A stretch of DNA of 64,000 nt, from NCBI GenBank assembly GCA_965203805.1, contig OZ241917.1:5696001-5760000 (forward strand). Direction: 5' to 3'. The stretch is from Candidatus Latescibacterota bacterium. Lineage in GTDB: Bacteria > Latescibacterota > UBA2968 > GCA-2709665. Positions 18,059-28,021 of this stretch are shown piece by piece. Both the position numbers and the translations under genes were made by a program. Each line of letters opens with the position of its first letter. Positions within the stretch are counted from its first letter, which is position 1. Under the pieces are notes generated by a model. That model did not search any database. It was not told the DNA's origin and saw only the letters and a program-made list of their open reading frames with translations.

Positions 18059-19930
18059 ATGAGATCAACCCGGGTACTCGCGGGGAACTTTCGCCATCAC
18101 GGCCCCGCCACGCAGAGCAGCCACCCGAGAGGCATCGTCGCAGCAGCGGGCGGGGACGGCCGGAACGTCGTCCTCGTCTGGCTGTTCGACCACCGGGGCG
18201 GATACGCGCTGCTCGTCATCGACGCCGCCACGGGCGAGAGCCGGGAGTTCCCCGTACCCTTTCCTCCCGGTGACGATTGCCCCTACGCGTCGCTCCTTTC
18301 TTCCAGGAATCGGTTCTACACCCACTTCAACGGCTTTTTCGTGGAGTTCGACGTCAATGCGATGGACTACACCTTCTGCCATGAGACCGCTCCGCGCATG
18401 GCGATGGGACTGACCGAAGACGACACGGGAATCATCTGGTCTTCGACCTATCCGAAGAGCGGGCTCGCGTCCTATGATCCTGAAAGCGGCCAATTCAGAG
18501 ACTACGGGCACCTCTACGCGCAGAATTGGCGCCAGTATCCCACCACGCTTGCCACCGACGACGCGGGTTGGGTCTATTTCGGCATCGGGACCACCCTGTG
18601 CCAGATCATCGCGTTCGATCCGGAAGACGAAAATGGCGCGCCCCTGCTTGCAGAGCACGAACGTTCCCGGGGCAGCGCGTCCGTTTACCGGGACCTCAAC
18701 GGGAGAGTCTACGCCCTGCCGCCAACGGGAACCCCCTGGCCGGGGGACAACCCGGATGCCGAAACATGGTACGAACTCTACCGCGGCGAACGCAAGGAAG
18801 TACCCAGGAGGGAACGGCGCGAGAAGATCTTCATCGCGGGCGACTCCGGCCATTTTCATCCGGACTTCCCGGACGGGAGCCGGCTCGTGGACTGCAGTAT
18901 GGTCGATCGGGTGATATCGGTCGAAGATCCCGACGGCAGTCGCAGGGCGGACGTGCCGTTCGACTACACGAGCGAGGGCGCGCACATCATGGGCGTTGCC
19001 GCGGCCCCCGACGGGACCATCTGCGGGGGCACCTTCTTTCCCAGGCGCACCTTCAGCTATCGTCCGGAAAACGACACATGGAAAGAGCGGGAGAGCTTCG
19101 GCCAGTGGAACACCGTGGGCAGCCAGGGAGGCCGGTTCTTCGTGGGCGGGTACGGCAGCGGTACCCTCCTGGAATGGGACCCGTTCAAGCCGTGGGTGAC
19201 GACGGATAAGGAGAACCCCGCGTCGAACCCCTTCTTCCACCGGACCTGTACGCCGACCATGCACCGGCCCCACAAGTTGCTCGTCCATCCGGACGGCAGG
19301 ACACTGGTCGTCGCGGGAACCCCGGGCTACGGCTATACGGGCGGCGGGTTGCTTTTCTGGAACTGCGAGAGCCGGACGGGGAACCTGATGGAACACACCG
19401 ACCTGTTGCCCGATCACTCCACGGCAAGCCTCGCGGCGCTTCCCGGCCGAAAGCTCCTGGGGGGCACGACAACCAGCCCGGGAACGGGCGGCGAGCAGAA
19501 AGCGACCGAAGCGGAACTCTACGTTTTCGATATGGAACTGAGAAAACTCGAATGGCGCGGCGTCCTCTTCCCGGGGGCGCAGGAATACACGGACCTGTGC
19601 CTTGGGCGGGACGGTCTCGCGTACGGCTTCGTTGACAGGGCGCGCTTTTTCGTCTTCCACCCCGGGAAGCGCGAGCTGGTTCATCAGATTGACACGGAAC
19701 GGACGTTCGGACTGACAGCGCACCAGCAGGGGCCGCGGGTGTTCGTGACCGCGCCGGACGATACCGTTTACATTCTGTTTGAACGCGGCATCGGTCTCAT
19801 CGATAGCGAGTCCTTTGCGATCGAGATGTGCGCCCCCTCTCCCGTGACCATCAGCAACGGCGGGGACTGTCTCAACGGCCGCATCTACTTCACCAGCAAC
19901 TCGCATCTTTACAGCTGGGAAATCGGGTGA
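18059..19930 (+). CDS. Beta-propeller repeat protein of unknown function
   Basis: 623 aa with repeated DGxxYxG/xFDPxx blade motifs; AAGGAG before the ATG. Confidence 0.65.
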   Translation: MRSTRVLAGNFRHHGPATQSSHPRGIVAAAGGDGRNVVLVWLFDHRGGYALLVIDAATGESREFPVPFPPGDDCPYASLLSSRNRFYTHFNGFFVEFDVNAMDYTFCHETAPRMAMGLTEDDTGIIWSSTYPKSGLASYDPESGQFRDYGHLYAQNWRQYPTTLATDDAGWVYFGIGTTLCQIIAFDPEDENGAPLLAEHERSRGSASVYRDLNGRVYALPPTGTPWPGDNPDAETWYELYRGERKEVPRRERREKIFIAGDSGHFHPDFPDGSRLVDCSMVDRVISVEDPDGSRRADVPFDYTSEGAHIMGVAAAPDGTICGGTFFPRRTFSYRPENDTWKERESFGQWNTVGSQGGRFFVGGYGSGTLLEWDPFKPWVTTDKENPASNPFFHRTCTPTMHRPHKLLVHPDGRTLVVAGTPGYGYTGGGLLFWNCESRTGNLMEHTDLLPDHSTASLAALPGRKLLGGTTTSPGTGGEQKATEAELYVFDMELRKLEWRGVLFPGAQEYTDLCLGRDGLAYGFVDRARFFVFHPGKRELVHQIDTERTFGLTAHQQGPRVFVTAPDDTVYILFERGIGLIDSESFAIEMCAPSPVTISNGGDCLNGRIYFTSNSHLYSWEIG

Positions 19931-20023
19931 ACCGACCGCGATGGTTCGGAGGGCTTCGCCTGAGCGCCCCTGTACCCGCCCCGGAGCCCGACGTCCGGTC
20001 CGTATGCATGGCAGCCGGAAGCC

Positions 20024-20758
20024 CTACGGATCTATACGAAAGGCTCTTGCCTTCCAGTTTTCGTAAAACCGCCTCGCGTATGTCCTGAAGACGTCGAGAC
20101 GGTCTGTCACCGCCCGTTCGAAGTCGCGCATGGCATCCTCGCCAAGCGTTTCGACCAGGGCATCGTGGTACGCCGGCACGGCATCCCATTCCTTAATTGT
20201 CTCCCCGGTTATTTCGATATGGAACTGTGCGGTGATCGCGTGATCCCCCATACCCATCGCCTGAACCGCGCACAGATCGGACGACGCGAGGACTTCCAGT
20301 TCGTCCGGAACCGTTTTTACCGCCGAGCTATGCCACTGCAGGCAGGGCAGGGTTGGGGGGAATCCCCTGAAGAATCCGCTTCGCTTTCCGTGTTTCGTGA
20401 GGCAGACGTCCATCACCCCGACCTCGGGCCGCTCGTTCCGGCCGACGTGGCCGCCCAGGGCCGCGGCCAGCAACTGGTGCCCCAGGCAGATGCCCACAAA
20501 GGGCATCTCTTTCTCGATGACCGCGTACCTGATGGCGGCTTTCTCATCGACCAGCCAGGGGTACGCATCTTCCTCCCATACATCCATGGGGCCGCCCATC
20601 GCCCAGAGCGCGTCGTAGGCGTCCAGGTCGGGGATGCGCTCCCCGGCATCCAGCTCCACGGCGTCCCACCGGATCCCGTCCTCGGCAAAGAACTCGCGAA
20701 AGAGCCCGGGATGTTCAACGTCGAGATGTTGGAAGACCAGCAGCCGCTCGAGGGCCAT
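20024..20758 (-). CDS. Class I glutamine amidotransferase (GATase1-like)
   Basis: MGGPMDV, GICLGHQ (catalytic Cys), QWH, QFHIE (His-Glu). Confidence 0.9.
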   Translation of the reverse strand: MALERLLVFQHLDVEHPGLFREFFAEDGIRWDAVELDAGERIPDLDAYDALWAMGGPMDVWEEDAYPWLVDEKAAIRYAVIEKEMPFVGICLGHQLLAAALGGHVGRNERPEVGVMDVCLTKHGKRSGFFRGFPPTLPCLQWHSSAVKTVPDELEVLASSDLCAVQAMGMGDHAITAQFHIEITGETIKEWDAVPAYHDALVETLGEDAMRDFERAVTDRLDVFRTYARRFYENWKARAFRIDP

Positions 20759-20863
20759 AATCGCCTCCCGGGTTTTCCTTCTGGATTCCGGACCGCGGAA
20801 TCGATATCTTGTCATGCAGGGCCGGACAACGGCATTTTGCCAAATCTCGCGGAGGCGGATAAC

Positions 20864-21577
20864 GTGAATCTGTTGCGAAAATGCGGTGCGGAATTCATCG
20901 GCGCCTTCGCCATCGTGCTGGGCGGGTGCGGCGCCATTGCCGCCAACCAGATCAGCGGCGGCGGCGTGACCCACGTGGGCATCGCCACCGCGTTCGGCCT
21001 CATCGTGATGACGATGGTCTACGCCACCGGCCACATCTCGGGGGCGCACTTCAATCCCGCCGTGACGATCGCCTTCTCCTTCACGCGTCACTTTCCCAAA
21101 CGGGAGATCCTCCCGTACATCGCCGCCCAATGCCTCGGCGCCGCGCTAGCCAGCAGCATCCACCTCGTCACCCTGTCTTCCGTCCTGAGAGCCAGGCTTC
21201 CCACACAGCAACTCGATCTGGGCGTCACCCAGCCTCTGGACGGCGCGTGGACTACCGCCTTCGTCTGGGAGTTTCTGCTCGCCTTCCTGCTGATGGTCGT
21301 GATTATGGCGGTCGCCACGGACTATCGCGCCACGGGCCAGGCCGCCGGCCTCGCCATCGGAGGCACGATCTGGTTCGAAGCCATGTTCGCCGGCCCCATT
21401 TGCGGCGCGTCGATGAATCCCGCCCGCAGCCTGGGTCCGGCCCTGGTTTCCGGCAACTGGCTGCACTATTCGGCCTATGCCGCCGGACCCGTTCTGGGCG
21501 CGCTCGCCGGCGCTCTCTTCTACGAATTCATCCGTTGCAACCATGACGGCGCGGCGGAAGCCAAGGGATGCTGCTGA
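20864..21577 (+). CDS. MIP family channel, NIP-like aquaporin/aquaglyceroporin
   Basis: GTG 20864 with GGAGG; GHISGAHFNPAVT and GASMNPARS; C-terminus ends in GCC. Confidence 0.9.
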   Translation: MNLLRKCGAEFIGAFAIVLGGCGAIAANQISGGGVTHVGIATAFGLIVMTMVYATGHISGAHFNPAVTIAFSFTRHFPKREILPYIAAQCLGAALASSIHLVTLSSVLRARLPTQQLDLGVTQPLDGAWTTAFVWEFLLAFLLMVVIMAVATDYRATGQAAGLAIGGTIWFEAMFAGPICGASMNPARSLGPALVSGNWLHYSAYAAGPVLGALAGALFYEFIRCNHDGAAEAKGCC

Positions 21578-21640
21578 GGCCGGGCCCTCTGCAATCCCTG
21601 CGCCGCCGTATCGTTTTCTATCAGAGTACGGAAAGCCGGC

Positions 21641-22477
21641 TTACAGCACCAGTGCGACGGCGAGAACGGCCAGCGCCACCCCGGCCGCGGCGACCCGATT
21701 GAGACGTTCCTTCCAGAGGAAGTGGGCGGACAGGTTGTCCAGCAGGATCACGGTGCATCCCGTGGCCGGAAAGAACAAAGTCCCGGGCAGCCGGCTGAGG
21801 GCAACCATAATCACGGACAGCGCCAGGGCGTTGTAGGCGCCGAGGCCGGTCCCCGTCGCGAATTCGGGCCGCCTGGGGCGCCGCATTCTTACCGCGACGA
21901 AGATATAGCCGATGGTACCGGCGGTGGCGCCCATCACGGTCAGGATCTGAAGGAACTCCCCGTCCAGGCCGGCATAGTGGACCGACCGAAGGCAGGAGTG
22001 GCTCAAACCCTGCAGAACGAAAACCGCGAACAACAGTCCGAACGTCTTGCCTCCCCTCTCGCGGGCGCTTCCCCCCGCGCCGGAAGTCATCATCATCAAT
22101 GCGGGAAACGCAAGGACGATCCCGCCGAACTGCGATGGCACGACCGGCTCCTGCCAGAGCCAGATTCCCAGGGCAACGGGCACGGCAATGGAGATGCGGA
22201 AAGCCGTCAGCACGGCTCCGACGGACGCGATTTCCAGGACGCGCATCATCAACGACATCGAACTGATGAATACGGCGCCGGTGATCAGACCGGTCTGTAA
22301 CGCCGCCGGCGAAAACGTGAACCGGCCGGTGGCCAGAAGATAGGCGGAAAGGACCGCACAGAGCACCAGGTAATTCGTAGATACGACGACGGGCGCGTAA
22401 TAGCCCCTGCGCTGAGAGAACTTGCAGATCTGGACAAATCCGAAATCGAGCAGAATCGCGAATATCAGCCAGGACAA
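21641..22477 (-). CDS. DMT/EamA-like membrane transporter
   Basis: About 10 hydrophobic segments with repeated WLWQE / FLWKER motifs. Confidence 0.75.
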   Translation of the reverse strand: MSWLIFAILLDFGFVQICKFSQRRGYYAPVVVSTNYLVLCAVLSAYLLATGRFTFSPAALQTGLITGAVFISSMSLMMRVLEIASVGAVLTAFRISIAVPVALGIWLWQEPVVPSQFGGIVLAFPALMMMTSGAGGSARERGGKTFGLLFAVFVLQGLSHSCLRSVHYAGLDGEFLQILTVMGATAGTIGYIFVAVRMRRPRRPEFATGTGLGAYNALALSVIMVALSRLPGTLFFPATGCTVILLDNLSAHFLWKERLNRVAAAGVALAVLAVALVL

Positions 22478-22694
22478 TACGGGCGCCTTTTCCGTCTTTA
22501 TCGGCAGATTACCATGGACCGGTACAGAGATAACGCGTTCGAGAAGTCCCGCGTGCGTGCCTGGAAGAGGGCTTGAGGGTACGTCGGGGGGCGGGAGTAT
22601 GCGCCGTATCGAAGTTGCACGTGGCTACACGCGGAGCGTTAGAAGGGGCGGGCCGGCGGGCAAGGCGATCGCAACGCGGGGAGACGGGATGAAT

Positions 22695-22761
22695 TGCCCT
22701 GCCTGCAGCGCCTGTCTGCGTGCGTACACGCACAGGCAGGCAAGGCACTGCGCAGGCAGGC
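22695..22761. repeat. Nested CCTGCCTGC...GCAGGCAGG REP-like palindromes
   Basis: Outer arms 22698-22706 and 22752-22760; inner imperfect palindrome 22711-22740; flanked by GGATGAAT direct repeats. Confidence 0.65.
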
Positions 22762-22794
22762 GGATGAATGGTGAGGATTTCTTTGTACAGGACA

Positions 22795-23568
22795 CTAATT
22801 TCCCCATGCCTCCCGGACCCACGGCACGGCCGCGCGCAAAGGCGTAACAAACAGCTCGATCTGGTAATGCGTCACGTCCTGTACGACAATCATATCTATC
22901 TGAACGTCCGCCTCTTTCATCGCCCGCACGGTCGTTTCCACGGGTTCGAAAGGAATCACCTCATCGGCGACGCTGTGGATCACCAGCAGGGGAACCTGCC
23001 AATTGACCTCGACGGCATTCTCTTCCGGCGCCGCAGCCATGGGAATGGCCGCCCGGAACAGGTCCGGGTGCCGCGCCGCCAGATACCAGGCGCCCCGCCC
23101 GCCCATGCTGAAACCGGTCACAAGCGTCCTGGTTTCGTCGATCATGTAGTTGGCCTTGACCGCCCGGATCAGATCCAGCACATTCTGTTCGCTCTCCGGG
23201 TTGTCCCAGCCCTGAACCACCGCTTCAGGCGCCACGATGATCGCCCCGAGGTCTTCCAGCGCGGGCCTGATCAGGACCTCCAGCAAGCGGCTGCCGTAAT
23301 ACGGCACGATCACGCCGCCGTAATGCAGCGACAGAATGAGTGGCGTCGGCTGCCCGGCATCGAACCCGGACGGAATGAAAATCGTGTACCGCTGGTTTCC
23401 GGGCGGCAGCACTCTGTTGTGGATGCCGGGTGTCAGGGGCATCCCTTCGTCTTCGGGCCCGGCCGGATCGTCGGACCCGCAGGCTGCCGCCATGGCTGTG
23501 AGCGCTGCCGCCAGCAGCCAGTGGCCGGCTGGCGGCATTTTGTTTACCCTGTGGTTTGAGTTTATCAT
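22795..23568 (-). CDS. Alpha/beta-hydrolase lipoprotein (esterase/dienelactone-hydrolase-like)
   Basis: Signal peptide with AAA-C; PLILSLH, nucleophile elbow GFSMG, HSVADEVIP, His in DVTHY; start is 23568 or 23538. Confidence 0.8.
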   Translation of the reverse strand: MINSNHRVNKMPPAGHWLLAAALTAMAAACGSDDPAGPEDEGMPLTPGIHNRVLPPGNQRYTIFIPSGFDAGQPTPLILSLHYGGVIVPYYGSRLLEVLIRPALEDLGAIIVAPEAVVQGWDNPESEQNVLDLIRAVKANYMIDETRTLVTGFSMGGRGAWYLAARHPDLFRAAIPMAAAPEENAVEVNWQVPLLVIHSVADEVIPFEPVETTVRAMKEADVQIDMIVVQDVTHYQIELFVTPLRAAVPWVREAWGN

Positions 23569-23652
23569 ATCTTTCCCGTTGTGTTTTCCTCCCGATGAGT
23601 TCAATATAAAACAACCACGACGCATAACAAAACAAGTATTGAAGGAAGATCC

Positions 23653-25281
23653 ATGACTGGCGCCGATGTCCTGATCCGGAGCCTCAAAGCCCAGAACGTG
23701 CGCTGTATCGTCGGCATGCCCGGCAACCAGAATATCGACATTTACGACGCCCTCCTGCGCGCCGGCGGTGTCGATCATTACCTTATCCGAAACGAACAGG
23801 GCGCGACGCTCCTCGCCAACGGGTATGCCCGTGCGTCGGGCGAAGTCGGGGTTGCGCTCACCGTCCCGGGGCCCGGCGCCGCGAACGCTTCCACGGGAAT
23901 TGTCGACGCCCACACGGACTGCGTTCCCGTGCTGCTGATCACCGGAGGCACCGAAGTGGCCTTCAACGGGCGGGACAGGAGCAAGTGCTTCCACGGCCTG
24001 GACCAGGCCGCCTTCTTCGCGCCGATCACCCGGTTTTTCGCCAGACCTGAGCGCATCGCAGACATTCCCGAAGCCGTCACCGGCGCCTTTGCCGCGCTGC
24101 GCGCGCCGAGGCCGGGCCCGGCCGTAATCGAACTGCCCATGGACGTTGCCGCCGCGGAAGGGGAGGCCGCTGTCCCCGCGTACGTAAACGGGGACCGGCC
24201 CGCGCCGGACCCGGCGGACATCAGACGCGTCGCGGAATTCATCGCGCGCATGGAGCGGCCCGCAATCCTCACCGGCGGCAATACGGCCGATGCGGGCGCG
24301 GTCTCCGAACTTCGGGCGTTTTCCGAAACGCTGAACGCGCCCGTCATCTTCAGCCGGCTCGGCAAGGGCGTGTTTCCAGACTCCCATCCGCTGTCAGCCG
24401 GTCACTGCCGCGCCCGGCTGGCCAAAAATGTCCTTCAACAATCCGACGGGCTGATTGCCGTGGGGTGCCGGTTCACGCAGATCGACACGTCCGGCTGGAC
24501 GATGGAAATGCCCGCCGCGCGCGTGCAACTCGATCCGGATCCGGCCGAACTCGGCCGGGAAATCTCCATCGACGCGGGTGCGGCGGGGGACCTGAAGCAG
24601 TCTGTGCCCGCGCTGCTGGACGCGCTGGGCGAGACTGGAAGACCATCCGCGGTCTGGAGCGAGTGGCTGGATTCATCGCGGCGCGAAGTCGCCAGGTCCC
24701 GCCGGCCGTTGCCGATCATGTCCGCGATGAGAGAGTGTCTCGACGCAGACGCGATCGTGTCCGTGGACGTGACCTCCATCGGGTACCGGTCCTTCGATGA
24801 ATTCCCGATTGACCACCCCCGGTGCTTCATGTATCCATGTCATTCGGTCACACTCGGTTTCGCGGCGCCGGCGGCCATTGGCGCGAAGCTCGCCCAACCT
24901 CACCGTCAGGTGGCGGCCTTCTGCGGCGACGGCGGGTTTCAGATGACCGCCTTCGAGCTGGCTACCGCCGCCGAACATGGCATCGAAGTCATCTGCGTGG
25001 TCATCAACGACGGCAGCCTCAGCGCCATCCGGGGCGCCCAGGCCAAGGCATTCGACGGTCGGGTCATCGATACCGACATGGAGACGCCCCGGATTGCCGA
25101 CCTTGCGCGTTCCATGGGCGCACGTGGCGTGCGGGTGGAAGCGCCCGATCGTTTTCCCGCGGTTTTCGCCGACGTCATCGGACTTGAGGGCCCGACGGTC
25201 ATCGAAGTTGTGATGCAGAAGCAACGCGATGCCCTCATCCGGCAGGTGCCGTGGCTGTATCCCGATCAAGCTGACCGTTAA
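23653..25281 (+). CDS. Thiamine-diphosphate-dependent enzyme (acetolactate synthase-like)
   Basis: RNEQGA..LANGYARASG, PGPGAAN, GDGGFQMT...VVIND ThDP motif. Confidence 0.9.
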   Translation: MTGADVLIRSLKAQNVRCIVGMPGNQNIDIYDALLRAGGVDHYLIRNEQGATLLANGYARASGEVGVALTVPGPGAANASTGIVDAHTDCVPVLLITGGTEVAFNGRDRSKCFHGLDQAAFFAPITRFFARPERIADIPEAVTGAFAALRAPRPGPAVIELPMDVAAAEGEAAVPAYVNGDRPAPDPADIRRVAEFIARMERPAILTGGNTADAGAVSELRAFSETLNAPVIFSRLGKGVFPDSHPLSAGHCRARLAKNVLQQSDGLIAVGCRFTQIDTSGWTMEMPAARVQLDPDPAELGREISIDAGAAGDLKQSVPALLDALGETGRPSAVWSEWLDSSRREVARSRRPLPIMSAMRECLDADAIVSVDVTSIGYRSFDEFPIDHPRCFMYPCHSVTLGFAAPAAIGAKLAQPHRQVAAFCGDGGFQMTAFELATAAEHGIEVICVVINDGSLSAIRGAQAKAFDGRVIDTDMETPRIADLARSMGARGVRVEAPDRFPAVFADVIGLEGPTVIEVVMQKQRDALIRQVPWLYPDQADR

Positions 25282-25368
25282 CCGTTTCGGCGCCATAACG
25301 GGACAACAATAGCCGCAAAAAGCACAAATGGCACAGAGCATGTTGAACACTCGAGAAAGCGAGGAGCG

Positions 25369-26502
25369 ATGAAAATAACAGAGGTAAAGACCTTTCCCGT
25401 ATTCTACGGTTCCCGGAACTACCTTTTCGTAAAGATTGAAACCGACGAAGGCATCTACGGTGTGGGCGAATTCGGGATCACGTGGAAAGAGCAGGCCGGC
25501 GTCGGCGCGATTCGGCACATGGCTTCGGACCTCATCGGCCGGGACCCGCTTAACATCGAATACATCTGGCAGATCCTGTTCCGGGGCGATTTCTTCCCCG
25601 GCGGGCGTATCCATATGGCCGCGATCAGCGCGATCGACATCGCCCTTTGGGACATCAAGGGCAAGGCCCTGGACCAACCGGTCCATATGCTGCTGGGCGG
25701 CAGGCTCCGGGACCGTGTCGTCTGCTACACCGGTATCGGCGGCGGGACGCCGGAAGAAACGGCGCGTTCCGCCGAAGACCGTGTCGCCGAAGGGTGGAAA
25801 TATCTCCGCATGTCCGTTCTCGATCGTGACGGCATCCTGGAACCCGCAACGGCCGTTCGGGATTCCGTCGCGCATTTCGCGGCGGCCCGGGAAGCTGTCG
25901 GTCCCGATATCGAAATCTGCATCGACGTTCATACGCGGCTGGATCCCCCCGACACCATCCGCCTGGGCCGAAAACTGGAACCGTACGATCCGTTTTTCAT
26001 CGAAGACCCGCTCAGGTGTGAGAACCCGCAGACCTACCGTCTGGTCCGCAACCACGTGAACTGTCCGCTGGCCGTGGGGGAACACTACGCCACCAAGTGG
26101 GAGTTCCGCCAGCTCATCGAGGAAGAACTGGCCGACTACGCGCGTATCGACCTCTGCATTGTCGGCGGCCTCACCGAGGCCCGCAAGGTGGCCAACTGGT
26201 GTGAGACCCACTACATCAGGATTGTGCCCCATAACCCGCTCGGTCCGGTTTCGGCCGCCGCCTGCCTCCACCTGGACGTTGCCACGGACAACTTTGCCGT
26301 TCAGGAAGGCGGTCTCGTCGGGCGCACCGTCATGGAGGACCTGTTTCCCGTCCAGGCGCCGTACGAATCGGGTTACCTCCTCGCGACCGACCGCCCGGGA
26401 CTTGGGGTTGAATTCGACGAGGCCGCGACCGGGAAATACCCGTTCCGGTGGGGGCACGGCCCCCGGCTGAAACGGGAAGACGGTTCGTTCACGAACTGGT
26501 AG
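25369..26502 (+). CDS. Mandelate racemase/galactonate dehydratase-like enolase-superfamily enzyme
   Basis: SAIDIALWDIKGKA, IDVHTR, FIEDP, GEH, PHNPLGP, PGLGVE. Confidence 0.9.
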   Translation: MKITEVKTFPVFYGSRNYLFVKIETDEGIYGVGEFGITWKEQAGVGAIRHMASDLIGRDPLNIEYIWQILFRGDFFPGGRIHMAAISAIDIALWDIKGKALDQPVHMLLGGRLRDRVVCYTGIGGGTPEETARSAEDRVAEGWKYLRMSVLDRDGILEPATAVRDSVAHFAAAREAVGPDIEICIDVHTRLDPPDTIRLGRKLEPYDPFFIEDPLRCENPQTYRLVRNHVNCPLAVGEHYATKWEFRQLIEEELADYARIDLCIVGGLTEARKVANWCETHYIRIVPHNPLGPVSAAACLHLDVATDNFAVQEGGLVGRTVMEDLFPVQAPYESGYLLATDRPGLGVEFDEAATGKYPFRWGHGPRLKREDGSFTNW

Positions 26503-26590
26503 GCATTCCGGGAGGCGTGCGCGGGAACGTGACGGGGCCATGGGACGTGGCGCGGGCAACAGCGCGACAGGGCAGGGGATTCGTGCAGAG

Positions 26591-26632
26591 AAAAAGGGTT
26601 ACGCCGAGTTGGCGTAACCCTTTGATTGTTTT
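26591..26632. terminator. Bidirectional intrinsic terminator downstream of tRNA-Leu
   Basis: AAAAAGGGTTACGCC-gagtt-GGCGTAACCCTTT hairpin with A and T tails. Confidence 0.8.
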
Positions 26633-26719
26633 TGGTGCCGAAGCCGAGACTCGAACTCGGACGGGCATGCGCCCACTGCGCCCTCAACACAGCGTGTCTA
26701 CCATTTCCACCACTTCGGC
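26633..26719 (-). tRNA. tRNA-Leu(GAG)
   Basis: GCCGAAG...CTTCGGC-ACCA acceptor stem; anticodon arm CTGTG-TT-GAG-GG-CGCAG; long variable arm; GTTCGAG T loop; follows secG as in many bacteria. Confidence 0.95.
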
Positions 26720-26817
26720 AAAATGGAACCGGCCGTCTGCCGCACCGATCGGGCCGGCGGAACGGCCGACAGTAACTATCGTTCGGATCGGGACGTATCG
26801 GAAGTCGCCGGGAATCG

Positions 26818-27213
26818 CTACCTTACCGTATCGGCGGGTGAAGTTGCCGGCTGGGTACGTTCGGAAGCCGCACCCTGCCCGGACTGGTCGAGCGGCTGAG
26901 GCAGGCCGGACGGCGCGCTCTGAAGCGGCAAGGGCTGTTCCCGGAGGGCACGCTCGGCCGCGCTCTCGGGGACCGAACTATCGCCCCGGGAGGCGTACCA
27001 GAGTGCGATGCAGGTCAGAAAAAAAACAACCGCCAGAACGGTGGTTACCTTGCTCAGAAACGTGGCGGCGCCGGCCCCGCCGAACATCGCGCTTCCGCCG
27101 CCGCCGCCGCCGAAAGCGGTGGAGAGGCCGCCCCCTTTGCTGGCCTGCAGCAGAATGGTTACGATCAATACCAGGCAAACCAGAACATGAACGATAAGAA
27201 GAAGCGTTGTCAT
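26818..27213 (-). CDS. secG: Preprotein translocase subunit SecG
   Basis: HVLVCLVLIVTILLQASKGGGLSTAFGG...LSKVTT; lies between tpiA and tRNA-Leu. Confidence 0.93.
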   Translation of the reverse strand: MTTLLLIVHVLVCLVLIVTILLQASKGGGLSTAFGGGGGGSAMFGGAGAATFLSKVTTVLAVVFFLTCIALWYASRGDSSVPESAAERALREQPLPLQSAPSGLPQPLDQSGQGAASERTQPATSPADTVR

Positions 27214-27222
27214 TATTGATTC

Positions 27223-27981
27223 CTACAGAATTGCAGCCTTTACGATGGCCGCGAATGCATCGGACTCGAGCGAAGCGCCACCGATCAATCCGCCGTCGAT
27301 ATCGGACCGGCTGAACAGATCGGCGGCATTCTCCGGTTTGACGGAACCGCCGTACTGGATTCGCACCGACCGCGCGACGTGGTCGCCGTACAGGTCCCGA
27401 AACCCCCTGCGGATCGAAGCGTGAACGGATTCGGCCTGCTCGGGCGTTGCCGTCAACCCCGTGCCGATGGCCCACACGGGTTCGTAGGCGACCACGCAGC
27501 CCGCCGCATCCGATGCGGTCACGTCGCTGAAAGCCGCCGTGACCTGCCGCTGAACCACCTGTTTTGTTTCCCCGGACCGGCGCTCGCCGATGGTTTCACC
27601 CACACAAACGATCGGATTCAGCCCGGCGTCGAGGGCGGCCCTAAGCCGCTGATTTACAGTTGTATCCGTTTCGCCGAAATATGTGCGCCGTTCAGAGTGC
27701 CCTAATATAACGTACTCACATCCGCATGTCAACAGCATGCCCGCCGAAACCTCCCCTGTAAACGCCCCTTCATCCGCCCAGTGCAGATTCTGCGCACCCA
27801 ACTTCACGGAACTGCTCCCAAGCACGTCACGGACGCGCTCGAGAACCGTAAAGGCGGGACAGACCACGACCTCGACATCAGTCGCGCCGTCCACCGAATC
27901 CAGAATCCCCCGCGCGAGGTCTTCCGCCTCGCCGGACGCCATGTGCATTTTCCAGTTTCCCGCCACAATGGGTACACGCAT
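27223..27981 (-). CDS. tpiA: Triosephosphate isomerase
   Basis: AGNWKM, GHSERR, AYEPVWAIGTG, YGGSV, GGASL. Confidence 0.97.
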   Translation of the reverse strand: MRVPIVAGNWKMHMASGEAEDLARGILDSVDGATDVEVVVCPAFTVLERVRDVLGSSSVKLGAQNLHWADEGAFTGEVSAGMLLTCGCEYVILGHSERRTYFGETDTTVNQRLRAALDAGLNPIVCVGETIGERRSGETKQVVQRQVTAAFSDVTASDAAGCVVAYEPVWAIGTGLTATPEQAESVHASIRRGFRDLYGDHVARSVRIQYGGSVKPENAADLFSRSDIDGGLIGGASLESDAFAAIVKAAIL

Positions 27982-28021
27982 CTCGGTCTCCGCACGAAAT
28001 CGCTCAGTCACACCGGGAGGT

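Noticed and set aside
18065-19906. Long antisense ORFs (613 aa here; also 24673-26559, 3331-4677, 11239-12558)
   Set aside because: Shadow ORFs of GC-rich genes; the opposite strand carries the recognisable proteins.
21569-21640. Sec readthrough at the aquaporin TGC-TGC-TGA end
   Set aside because: No convincing SECIS-like hairpin follows, and readthrough would run into the convergent gene.
26502-26719. tRNA-Leu as the attachment site of an integrated element
   Set aside because: No integrase and no duplicated tRNA 3' end seen in the window; flanking genes have backbone-like composition.
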